The notes under the pieces: generated by a model
What the model was told of the DNA's origin: nothing
The model's database searches: none
Seen by the model: the letters and a program-made list of their open reading frames with translations, nothing else
Shown here: piece after piece, positions 16,901 through 24,471 of the stretch
How the letters are laid out: every line of letters starts with the position of its first letter
Position numbering within the stretch: position 1 is the stretch's first letter
Made by a program: the position numbers and the translations under genes
Assembly (NCBI GenBank): GCA_002702965.1
Contig: PADE01000179.1
Coordinates: 1-49,657, forward strand
Direction: 5' to 3'
Origin: Planctomycetaceae bacterium
GTDB taxonomy: Bacteria > Planctomycetota > Planctomycetia > Pirellulales > Pirellulaceae
DNA length: 49,657 nucleotides

Positions 16901-19273
16901 CTATTCGCGTACCTCGGCGGCCACTTCCTCGACACCCGCCCCAGTCATCCGCCCGACCCATCGTCCGCTGGCTAGGTTTCGAATCCGCGCCGCCGTGGTG
17001 GGTGTTTCTTCGCTATCCACGTGCTGGCCCCCCAGCGTCGAGAGCAGGAATTCGACGCCAATGATTCCCAGCAGCAGCAGAATCAGCGGCCGCCAGACTT
17101 CTCGCTGGTTGCCGATACTACCGTAGTCCTGTTGGGCTTGGGCCGAGGCGTCGATCGAAGTGACGTTGGCAGACGGGAGTCGGTCTTGGATCTGATTGGT
17201 GTTCAGGGTGTCAAAATCGGACTCGTCGGCAGCCACGTTCACGGCGAACGAGACCGATCCCTGTTTGGGATTCTCGGTCCGACCCCCGGTCACCTCGACC
17301 GTGTAGTAGCCCGTGTTTGTGGTCTCGTGAAAAGCACCTTTGAGTTGTGAGTTGGAGCGCTGAAAACCGACGGGTGTGACACGTCCACGAATGTCGGTCA
17401 CCTTACCATTGGCGGGTGCCCAAGTTGGGGACACGGTAAATTCGGCGGTTCCGCCGGCCGAGACAACCGAGGGGCTCTCCAAGTCATCGGGGCGCCGGAC
17501 GTGGCTGATCATTCGCAGCACCAGCGGAACGAACTCGGGCGTCATCGGCAGATTGCTCCACCGCGTGTTCAGTGGGAAGGCGCTGACCAGCACGCGGCCG
17601 GTACCGAAGCGACTCTCCAATAGTGCCGGTGAACCGTCGGCAAATTCAACCGTCGGCCAGGCGTTGCCGTCCTCCTCCGCGAGCGTCAACGGGAAGCGGC
17701 GGTAGACGTTGACCTGGGTCAGATAGGGCTGATCGGCGTTGGCAAACACGGAGAATACCGGGTGCGCCAGATCGATGGCGCCCAGCCGCTGGAACGTCTC
17801 GGCTTTGTCGGGGTCTCCCACGGCGGCCCCCAATTGGGCGGACAAGAGCTTCGATTCGGGAAGGGTGGGGCCAACGAATAACTGCGTGTTGTAGGTCTCT
17901 GGATTGACCTTGTCGCCCGGAAAGACCAACAGTCCTCCCCCCTCGTCGACGAAAGTACTAAGCAGCGTGAACTGCGCCGCGTTGAGTGCACCGCAGTTTG
18001 CCAGGATGACGGCGGCGGTATCCCGCAACGTTTCGGCGTTCAGATTTGCCTCGGGCAAATCGACCACGTCCAGCGATTGCAACAGTTCCTGCTGTGCGCT
18101 GACAGCCACATCGGGTACGACCGCCGCTCCCGTCTCGTCCGCTTCGGGGGCGTCGCTCTGGACGACCGTCGAGAACATGGCCGTGCGCAGATACAGGCCT
18201 TCGTTCTCCAGAGGTTGTGCCGACGGGTTGCCATTGACCAATAGCACCTTGACCCTCGGGACGACTTCCATCGTGAACCGAAAACGATCGTCGTGGGTAA
18301 ACCGATCCGCGGAAATCTCAAATCGGCCACGCAACGGGCCCGGCTCGGTCGGTCGGTAGATAATCTCCGTCTCCTTGGTTTCACCCGGCTTCAGGCTCAG
18401 CGTTTTGCGCGCGATCTCCTTTTCATTCAGGAGGACCACCACCTCGACGTTTTCTGGTGCCGCGCCGTTCTCGGCGTTCGGTTTGGAATGATTGACGACG
18501 CGCGGTCGCAGGTGCACCGGCAGCCCAACCAGGACGCGCGGTTTTTCTGGTTTGGTGCCGATCACCGCGCGATTGGGAATCGTCTGATTGGAGCCGATAT
18601 TGACGACGACCACTTCGGTCTCGGCGGGTAGCAGGCTGTCCGCCGCGCCGTCTTTGAGCTCTTTCCAGTCGCTGCCTTGCAGATCGGTCAACAGAAAAAC
18701 GCGGGGGTTGTTCAACGATCGCGAGCCCTCGCCGAACACCTGGGTCAGCGCAGCGAACAGGTTTCCGCGCGAAGACCCCGATTCGAGTTGTTCGATTTCA
18801 GATTGGATGACCTTGGCGTCGGAGGTGAACCGGCTACAGATTTCCTCCGGCCGGGCCCCCACACGGATGATCGTGACCCGGTCGTCACTCGCCAGTTCCT
18901 CGACGATCTTGAGCGCCGCCTGTCGCGCCCGCGCCATCGACGTCACACCGTCGGTGACGGCGGACATGCTGGCCGAACCATCGACTAACAGAACGATGTC
19001 ACGTCCGCCGCCGCCCCCCAGCAGTGCGTCCCAGTGCCGTACCACGGGGCGCGCTACGCTGAAGATCAGAAACAGCAAGAAAGCCGTACGCAGCATCGCG
19101 ATCAGCGCTTCCAGGAATTTCATCCGCCGCCGTTGTTGGACGTAACTGTCAAACAGAAAACGGAAGGTACTTAGATCCACCGTTTTCACGCGGTGCAGCG
19201 TCAGCAGATGCAGGACGACCGGGATCAGCGCTAGTGGCAAAACCCACAGCAGCCCGGAGTTTAGAAAACTCAT
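16901..19273 (-). CDS. BatA_N + VWA domain protein with C-terminal TM anchor, copy A
   Basis: 790 aa with ATG at 19271-19273. N-terminus MSFLNSGLLWVLPLALIPVVLHLLTLHRVKTVDLSTFRFL, MIDAS IVLLVDGSASM, C-terminal TM PLILLLLGIIGVEFLL. Confidence 0.85.
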   Translation of the reverse strand: MSFLNSGLLWVLPLALIPVVLHLLTLHRVKTVDLSTFRFLFDSYVQQRRRMKFLEALIAMLRTAFLLFLIFSVARPVVRHWDALLGGGGGRDIVLLVDGSASMSAVTDGVTSMARARQAALKIVEELASDDRVTIIRVGARPEEICSRFTSDAKVIQSEIEQLESGSSRGNLFAALTQVFGEGSRSLNNPRVFLLTDLQGSDWKELKDGAADSLLPAETEVVVVNIGSNQTIPNRAVIGTKPEKPRVLVGLPVHLRPRVVNHSKPNAENGAAPENVEVVVLLNEKEIARKTLSLKPGETKETEIIYRPTEPGPLRGRFEISADRFTHDDRFRFTMEVVPRVKVLLVNGNPSAQPLENEGLYLRTAMFSTVVQSDAPEADETGAAVVPDVAVSAQQELLQSLDVVDLPEANLNAETLRDTAAVILANCGALNAAQFTLLSTFVDEGGGLLVFPGDKVNPETYNTQLFVGPTLPESKLLSAQLGAAVGDPDKAETFQRLGAIDLAHPVFSVFANADQPYLTQVNVYRRFPLTLAEEDGNAWPTVEFADGSPALLESRFGTGRVLVSAFPLNTRWSNLPMTPEFVPLVLRMISHVRRPDDLESPSVVSAGGTAEFTVSPTWAPANGKVTDIRGRVTPVGFQRSNSQLKGAFHETTNTGYYTVEVTGGRTENPKQGSVSFAVNVAADESDFDTLNTNQIQDRLPSANVTSIDASAQAQQDYGSIGNQREVWRPLILLLLGIIGVEFLLSTLGGQHVDSEETPTTAARIRNLASGRWVGRMTGAGVEEVAAEVRE

Positions 19274-19352
19274 AGGCCCGTTTCTCTTGTCAAAAAGTGA
19301 GGCTCCGCGGGTCGGCTGGCGGGAGGAACTCCCCGCAGGCCGTGACGCACCA

Positions 19353-20243
19353 TCATCCTATGCGCGAGCGTTTGTCGAGGTAGGCGGACAGGAACTTATC
19401 GTAAGGTTCGGTTGTGTTTACCAGGTTGTAGTCGACTTTGCGTTCCAGGCAGTCCCCGCGCACACGGTCTAGAAAATCACGAATCCGTGCCAGGTATCGC
19501 TTACGGAGGTTCTTGGGATTGGTGACGACACGTCCGGCCCCCTCCATGTCCTTGAATCGCGTCAGACGGTCGTAGGGAAAGGTCAACTCGGCGTCGTCCA
19601 TCACGTGGAACACCAGGACCTCGTGTTGGCTGTGACGGAAGCGCTGCAGCCCCTCAGCGATCTCCGCTTCGTTGTCGATCATGTCACTGATCAGGATGAT
19701 CAGCCCGCGCCGCTTGGTCCGCTCGGCCGCTTGCGCGAGGATCGCGCCGATGTTGGTCTCCCCACCCGGCTGCAGGCCTTCCAGCATCTCGAGCACGCGG
19801 CGAAACTGGGATGGGTGGGCACGGGGCGGAATGTAGCCGCGGATGTCCGAGTCGAACAACAGTGTGCCGACGGCGTCGTTCTGACGAATCAGCAGATAGC
19901 TCAACGACGCGGCCAGGAAGGCGCCGTAGTCGAGCTTGCTCATTTCACCGCTCTTGAAGCCCATCGAGTCCGAGCAGTCCAACAGAATGTAAGCTCGCAG
20001 ATTGGTTTCGTCCTCAAACAGCTTGACATAGTACTTGTCGCTGCGGGCCAACATCTTCCAGTCCAGGCCCCGCAAGTCGTCCCCCGGTGTGTAGGCGCGG
20101 TGATCCAGGTACTCCACCGAGAATCCATGGTAGGGGCTGCGGTGGCGTCCGGTCAGGAAACCGTCCACCACCTGCCGCGCAACCAATTCCATATTTCCCA
20201 GGCGCGCGAGTCCGACCGGGTCCAGAAAACGTGTAGAAGCCAT
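19353..20243 (-). CDS. DUF58 (VWA-like) protein, copy A
   Basis: 296 aa with ATG at 20241-20243. Motifs EYLDHRAYTPGDDLRGLDWKMLARSDKYYVKLFEDE and ILLDCSDSMGF. Confidence 0.9.
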   Translation of the reverse strand: MASTRFLDPVGLARLGNMELVARQVVDGFLTGRHRSPYHGFSVEYLDHRAYTPGDDLRGLDWKMLARSDKYYVKLFEDETNLRAYILLDCSDSMGFKSGEMSKLDYGAFLAASLSYLLIRQNDAVGTLLFDSDIRGYIPPRAHPSQFRRVLEMLEGLQPGGETNIGAILAQAAERTKRRGLIILISDMIDNEAEIAEGLQRFRHSQHEVLVFHVMDDAELTFPYDRLTRFKDMEGAGRVVTNPKNLRKRYLARIRDFLDRVRGDCLERKVDYNLVNTTEPYDKFLSAYLDKRSRIG

Positions 20244-20326
20244 GACAGTGCAATCGTGAAATGAAGAATCCGTTAGACTTCAAAGTCGCACCCCACCGCG
20301 GCCGGCGGCCCGGTGTACGGCCGGCC

Positions 20327-21361
20327 TTACTCTTCGCTGGTCACATCCAACAACCTCTCCACGATGTTGTCGGTGGAAACCCCATCGCTTTCCGCGGCGA
20401 AGCTGGTAACCAGGCGGTGGCGCAGTACCGGGTAACTAATGTAGCGGATGTCCTCGGTGGAGACGTTGACACGGCCGTCCAACAGCGCGTGCGCTTTGGC
20501 CCCCAGCAGAATGGCCTGACAGGCTCTCGGCCCGGCACCCCAGGTCAGATACTTCTTCACAAAGTCGGGGGCCTCTTCTGAATTGGGGCGCGTGGCACGT
20601 ACCAGCCGCACCGCAAACGCCGAAATCGAACGGCCGATCAACACTTTGCGAACGACTCTCTGCAGCAGCAGAATGTCGTCTCGGTCGAGGATCGATTTGA
20701 GTTCGGGGAGACCGTCGGCGGTCGTGATTTCCGCGATCTTGAGTTCCTCTTCAAAGTTCGGGTAGTCGACTTGAATCCGGAACATGAAACGATCGAGTTG
20801 CGCTTCCGGCAGCGGGTACGTTCCCTCCTGCTCGATCGGATTCTGTGTGCCCAATACCAGGAAAGGCTCGTCGAGTGGGTAATCCTTGCCCGCCGTGGTG
20901 ACTTTGTACTCCTGCATCGCTTGCAGCAGCGCAGCTTGTGTCTTCGGCGGTGTGCGGTTGATTTCATCGCCGAGCAGGATGTTGCCGAAAATCGGCCCCT
21001 TCACGAATCGCATCCGCCGCCGTCCCGTCCCCTCTTCCTCCTCGAGGATCTCGGTACCCGTAATGTCGGAGGGCATCAGGTCGGGGGTGAACTGCACCCG
21101 GCTAAATTCGAGCGACAGCAGATCCGCAATGCTGGAGATCATCAAGGTCTTGGCCAGACCGGGAACTCCTTCCAGCAGACAGTGGCCGCGACAAAAGAGG
21201 GACAGCAGAACCTGCTTCAAAACCTCATCCTGACCCACGATGACCTTGGACAATTCACCCGTCAGCTGACCGTAGACCTGAGACAGGTTTTCGGCCATCT
21301 TGAGGTCTTGATCATCCAACGTCTGCCCTTGCAATGCGCCTTGTGTAATGCTCGATGACAT
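20327..21361 (-). CDS. MoxR-family AAA+ ATPase, copy A
   Basis: Walker A GVPGLAKT, Walker [24 protein letters not shown], then [24 protein letters not shown] prefer the internal ATG at 21359-21361 (MSSSITQG...), which follows a purine-rich GGAAGGAATGGAAG, over the track start at 21463. Confidence 0.9.
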   Translation of the reverse strand: MSSSITQGALQGQTLDDQDLKMAENLSQVYGQLTGELSKVIVGQDEVLKQVLLSLFCRGHCLLEGVPGLAKTLMISSIADLLSLEFSRVQFTPDLMPSDITGTEILEEEEGTGRRRMRFVKGPIFGNILLGDEINRTPPKTQAALLQAMQEYKVTTAGKDYPLDEPFLVLGTQNPIEQEGTYPLPEAQLDRFMFRIQVDYPNFEEELKIAEITTADGLPELKSILDRDDILLLQRVVRKVLIGRSISAFAVRLVRATRPNSEEAPDFVKKYLTWGAGPRACQAILLGAKAHALLDGRVNVSTEDIRYISYPVLRHRLVTSFAAESDGVSTDNIVERLLDVTSEE

Positions 21362-21431
21362 AACCGTCTTCCATTCCTTCCCATATTTTCCGGGCCAAAT
21401 CCATCGGACAATGTAGATTCGTGTTGCACGC

Positions 21432-21459
21432 AACTTAGCGGTATTTATTCGCGCGTCAA
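21432..21459 (-). promoter_or_regulatory. Candidate promoter of the MoxR array
   Basis: The minus strand reads TTGACG (21459-21454), 16 nt, then TAAGTT (21437-21432). A T7 tract (21481-21487) lies where an UP element would sit. The predicted leader to the ATG at 21361 is about 64 nt. The -10 match is weak. Confidence 0.25.
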
Positions 21460-21682
21460 ACAACTTCGAGCAATTCGATCAAAAAAACGGCGAAATCGGA
21501 CATGTCAAGATAGGTAGAATGTCCGCCGAAGCGGGGTGCGGATGTGCCGCCGCTTGAACGCCAGTGACTGGCAAACCGAGTCTCCGCGATCTACGATTGC
21601 GGGTCGACCGCTTGCAGCCGTCTCCTTGCTTTGTCGCGCCGTGCGTGTTGCCAACCGCGCAACGGACCCCCACAGGAACGTC

Positions 21683-22753
21683 ATGTCGCCCGCGTCAGAC
21701 CTGTTTCCAACCACGGTCATCGGTAGTATGCCGAGACCGCCGTTCGTCAAGGATTTGTTTGCCGCCGGGTCGCGCACGCATGCGACCGCTCCCGTCGAGT
21801 GGCAACAGCGAATGGACGATGCGGTGCGCTATTGCGTTCGGCTCCAGGAGCAGGCCGGCATCGATATCGTCTCCGATGGCGAGTGGCGGCGCGAGACCTA
21901 CGTCGACGTAATCGCTGAACTGCTCAGTGGTTTCGAGTGGATCGACCGTGAGGAGTTCGGTTATCACCAAGTCGTAACCCGTCCGGTGGAGAGCTGGCAT
22001 CCTGGGATTGTGGCTCGCGAGGCACAGTTTCTCAAAGCGACCGCCTGCGGCCAGGTGAAGACCTGCCTCCCATCTCCGTACCTGATCGGACAGAGGATGT
22101 GGGTTCCGGGAATTTCCGAGGCCGCCTACCCGCGCCGAGAACAATTCTGCGAGGCCTTGATCGAGCCGTTGCGGCGCGAGCTGTTGGCCTTGCGGGAGGC
22201 GGGTGTCGATGTGATCCAGCTGGATGAGCCCCACCTGTGCGTTCTCGTTGACCCGCAGGTCCGCGCCCGTTTTGCGGACCCTGAAGCCGAGATGGCGCGC
22301 GCCGTCGAGTGGATCAATGCGATTGTCGCAGGGGTTTCTGGAGTCCGTCTGGCGGTGCACCTCTGCCGTCGCAACTGGGGGCGCCGTGGTTGGGGAGCGG
22401 CCGGGGGGTACGAGGCGATTCTTCCTCACATTCAACAGCTCGAGGTTGACCAACTGATGCTGGAATTCAGTATCCCGGTCGCCGGTGACGTTGCCATTCT
22501 TCGTGAGTTACCCCCCTCGTGTCTGATTGGCCTGGGGTGTGTCGACGTGCGGTTTCCGGAGATCGAATCGTCCCAGCAGATTGTCGAGCGGGTGTACGGC
22601 GCGCTGGAGCATGTGGCGGCCAATCGGATTACGCTGAATCCCGATTGTGGCTTTTCACCTGGGAAGGACCACGACGTTCCCCTCGATGAAGCGTACGAGA
22701 AATTGAAGTGTCTGGGGTTGGCCGCCGAGCAACTGCGGCGCGAGGTTTCCTGA
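21683..22753 (+). CDS. Standalone core-MetE-like (cobalamin-independent methionine synthase C-terminal domain family) Zn-dependent alkyltransferase, paralog 1
   Basis: LFPTTVIGSMPRP N-terminal motif, [25 protein letters not shown] (H-x-C) and NPDCGF (final Zn Cys). ATG at 21683 follows AGGAA. The track start at 21536 is an upstream extension. Confidence 0.85.
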   Translation: MSPASDLFPTTVIGSMPRPPFVKDLFAAGSRTHATAPVEWQQRMDDAVRYCVRLQEQAGIDIVSDGEWRRETYVDVIAELLSGFEWIDREEFGYHQVVTRPVESWHPGIVAREAQFLKATACGQVKTCLPSPYLIGQRMWVPGISEAAYPRREQFCEALIEPLRRELLALREAGVDVIQLDEPHLCVLVDPQVRARFADPEAEMARAVEWINAIVAGVSGVRLAVHLCRRNWGRRGWGAAGGYEAILPHIQQLEVDQLMLEFSIPVAGDVAILRELPPSCLIGLGCVDVRFPEIESSQQIVERVYGALEHVAANRITLNPDCGFSPGKDHDVPLDEAYEKLKCLGLAAEQLRREVS

Positions 22754-22770
22754 TCGGGAGCGGCCGCACA

Positions 22771-23646
22771 ATGAGACGCGTGGTGGTTACCGGCGCCAAA
22801 GGGGGGACCGGCCCGTCGATCGTGAATGCCTTTCGAGACGCCGGTTGGGACGTGCTGGGTGTCGACCTGAAACCGTGTGCGCTCTGGGAGACCGGCTACC
22901 GGCAGGTCGATTTGCGCGACGGTGCGAGCGTCTACGAAATTTGCGCCGGTGCCCAGGCGATCGTCCATTTCGGAAGCCTGCCGACCGACTCCTGGACCAG
23001 TTGGCAGACCGCCTACGAAAACCTGGCGCTGGGTGGGTTTCACGTTTTGCAAGCGGCTTCCCGGTTGGGAATTGGTCGCATGGTGTTGGCCAGCAGTCCC
23101 GAGATCTACGGCGACTTGACGGGCGTCCCCTATTTACCGCTCGATGAACACAGCCCGCCGCGGCCCGCCAGCATTTACGGCGCGGCCAAACAGAATCTCG
23201 AAATGCTGGCTGCCCACTATACGCGCTGGTACGGGATCGCGATCGCGGCCCTCCGGCCGCAGCGTATCGTGTACGAACGATCGTACGAGTGGCGGTTTCG
23301 AAAATTTACCGTCGATCCGCTCGCCGCCGTCGACGCGCTTTGGTCGTACGTCGATGCGCGTGACGTTGCGTCCGCCTGTCTGGCCTGGATCGAATCCGAT
23401 CTGCCGGGCTGCGAAAGTTTCGGCGTGGCCGCCGACGATGTGTGCGTCGATCTGCCGACCGAGCGGCTGCTCGCCGAATACCTGCCGCAGGTCACCGAGC
23501 TGCGCAGTGCATTGTCCGGGCGCACCGGTCTGGTCGATTGCGGGAAACTCAAATCGCTGCTGGATTGGCGACCGAGACATCACTGGCAGCAGATGGCGCA
23601 AGAGAGCGAGCGGGCGGGATTCCCGCGCGAGGCGCCCGCCCGCTAG
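22771..23646 (+). CDS. NAD-dependent epimerase/dehydratase family protein
   Basis: Rossmann motif VVVTGAKGGTG and catalytic IYGAAKQNLE (YxxxK). ATG at 22771 follows GGGAG, 17 nt after the MetE-like stop. Confidence 0.85.
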   Translation: MRRVVVTGAKGGTGPSIVNAFRDAGWDVLGVDLKPCALWETGYRQVDLRDGASVYEICAGAQAIVHFGSLPTDSWTSWQTAYENLALGGFHVLQAASRLGIGRMVLASSPEIYGDLTGVPYLPLDEHSPPRPASIYGAAKQNLEMLAAHYTRWYGIAIAALRPQRIVYERSYEWRFRKFTVDPLAAVDALWSYVDARDVASACLAWIESDLPGCESFGVAADDVCVDLPTERLLAEYLPQVTELRSALSGRTGLVDCGKLKSLLDWRPRHHWQQMAQESERAGFPREAPAR

Positions 23647-23657
23647 CCGCCCCCTGC

Positions 23658-23682
23658 CCCCAACCGGCCGCTTGGTTCGGGG
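23658..23682 (+). terminator. Candidate hairpin after the epimerase gene
   Basis: CCCCAACC (23658-23665) pairs with GGTT-C-GGGG (23674-23682), with one bulge and an 8-nt loop, beginning 12 nt after the TAG at 23644-23646. There is no U-tract. Confidence 0.25.
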
Positions 23683-23908
23683 TCGAGCAGCGCTGTGTGA
23701 CCGAGCAGCATGCGTCGTAGCGCGCGGTCGTCACCCGATCGACAAGACGCGCCTGTTGTGCATGTTCCGATCGTCAGGATGCCTGCGATGCGCATATTTG
23801 GTACCTCGGCGGCGAACATACAGTGTCGCGTTTCGGTGGCCGAAGTAGAGACTAGTGTTCTTGAGGGTCGCTGCGCGCCCCGCCTCCACGAGCAACGGAG
23901 TCCCCGCG

Positions 23909-24325
23909 ATGAAGATTCTGCGTTCGCCGGTGATTGCCGGTCTGTTGGTGACAATCGGTGGCTGGGTAGCGACTGCCTCGGGGGCCGACTTGAGCGGCGC
24001 TTGGCGGGGCACTTGGGCCAATAGCAACAACCGCCACACCGGTCCGCTGCGGGGGACCTTTGTGCCGCTCAATGAGAACCAGTACCAGGCCGATTTCCGC
24101 GGTCGGTTTTTCGGTCTGCTGCCGTTTCGTTATTCGGTCGTGCTGGATGCCGAACCCCAGCCAGATGGCAGCATTCGTTTACAGGGTTCGGCTTTCGTGA
24201 GCCGCCGGTACGGGACGTTTCACTACGACGCCACGGTTCGCGAAGGTCACTTCGAGTCGACCTATACCTCGTGCAAGTTCCAAGGGACTTTCTCGATGGA
24301 CCGCTGCGGTGGCGCAGACCAGTAG
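23909..24325 (+). CDS. Small secreted hypothetical protein
   Basis: ATG at 23909 (MKILRSPVIAGLLVTIGGWVATASG) follows GGAG, and a signal peptide is present. The sequence is beta-rich with no recognisable domain. Confidence 0.55.
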   Translation: MKILRSPVIAGLLVTIGGWVATASGADLSGAWRGTWANSNNRHTGPLRGTFVPLNENQYQADFRGRFFGLLPFRYSVVLDAEPQPDGSIRLQGSAFVSRRYGTFHYDATVREGHFESTYTSCKFQGTFSMDRCGGADQ

Positions 24326-24471
24326 TGCCGTTGACCGCGGGCTGCGCCTCTGGGTTGGAACTCTCGCTCGGCGCAGAGCGCGTGTCATGGCATCGCGGTT
24401 CCGCCCGCGGACCGGTTGCTTTTGGGGCTGCGACCGCAGACGCCGCACGACCGGTTCCGTCTGCCGATCCG

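Noticed and set aside
16971-16990. GGTTTCGAATCC, reminiscent of a tRNA T-loop (GGTTCGAATCC).
   Set aside because: It has one extra base and no complementary T-stem or acceptor stem around it, and it lies inside the BatA-A coding frame.
21481-21525. On the minus strand, the hairpin CGGACAT..ATGTCCG followed 9 nt later by T7, considered as a terminator.
   Set aside because: No minus-strand gene lies upstream to be terminated, and the T-tract is not adjacent to the stem. I kept it as a possible operator or UP-element instead.
21526-21682. Possible cobalamin or SAM riboswitch in the leader of the MetE-like gene (GGTGCGGATGTGCCGC and GCCAGTG vaguely resemble B12-element blocks).
   Set aside because: The key conserved GCCACTG and B12-box sequences are not matched, and the resemblance is at chance level by eye. 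An Infernal/Rfam scan would be needed to revive the idea.
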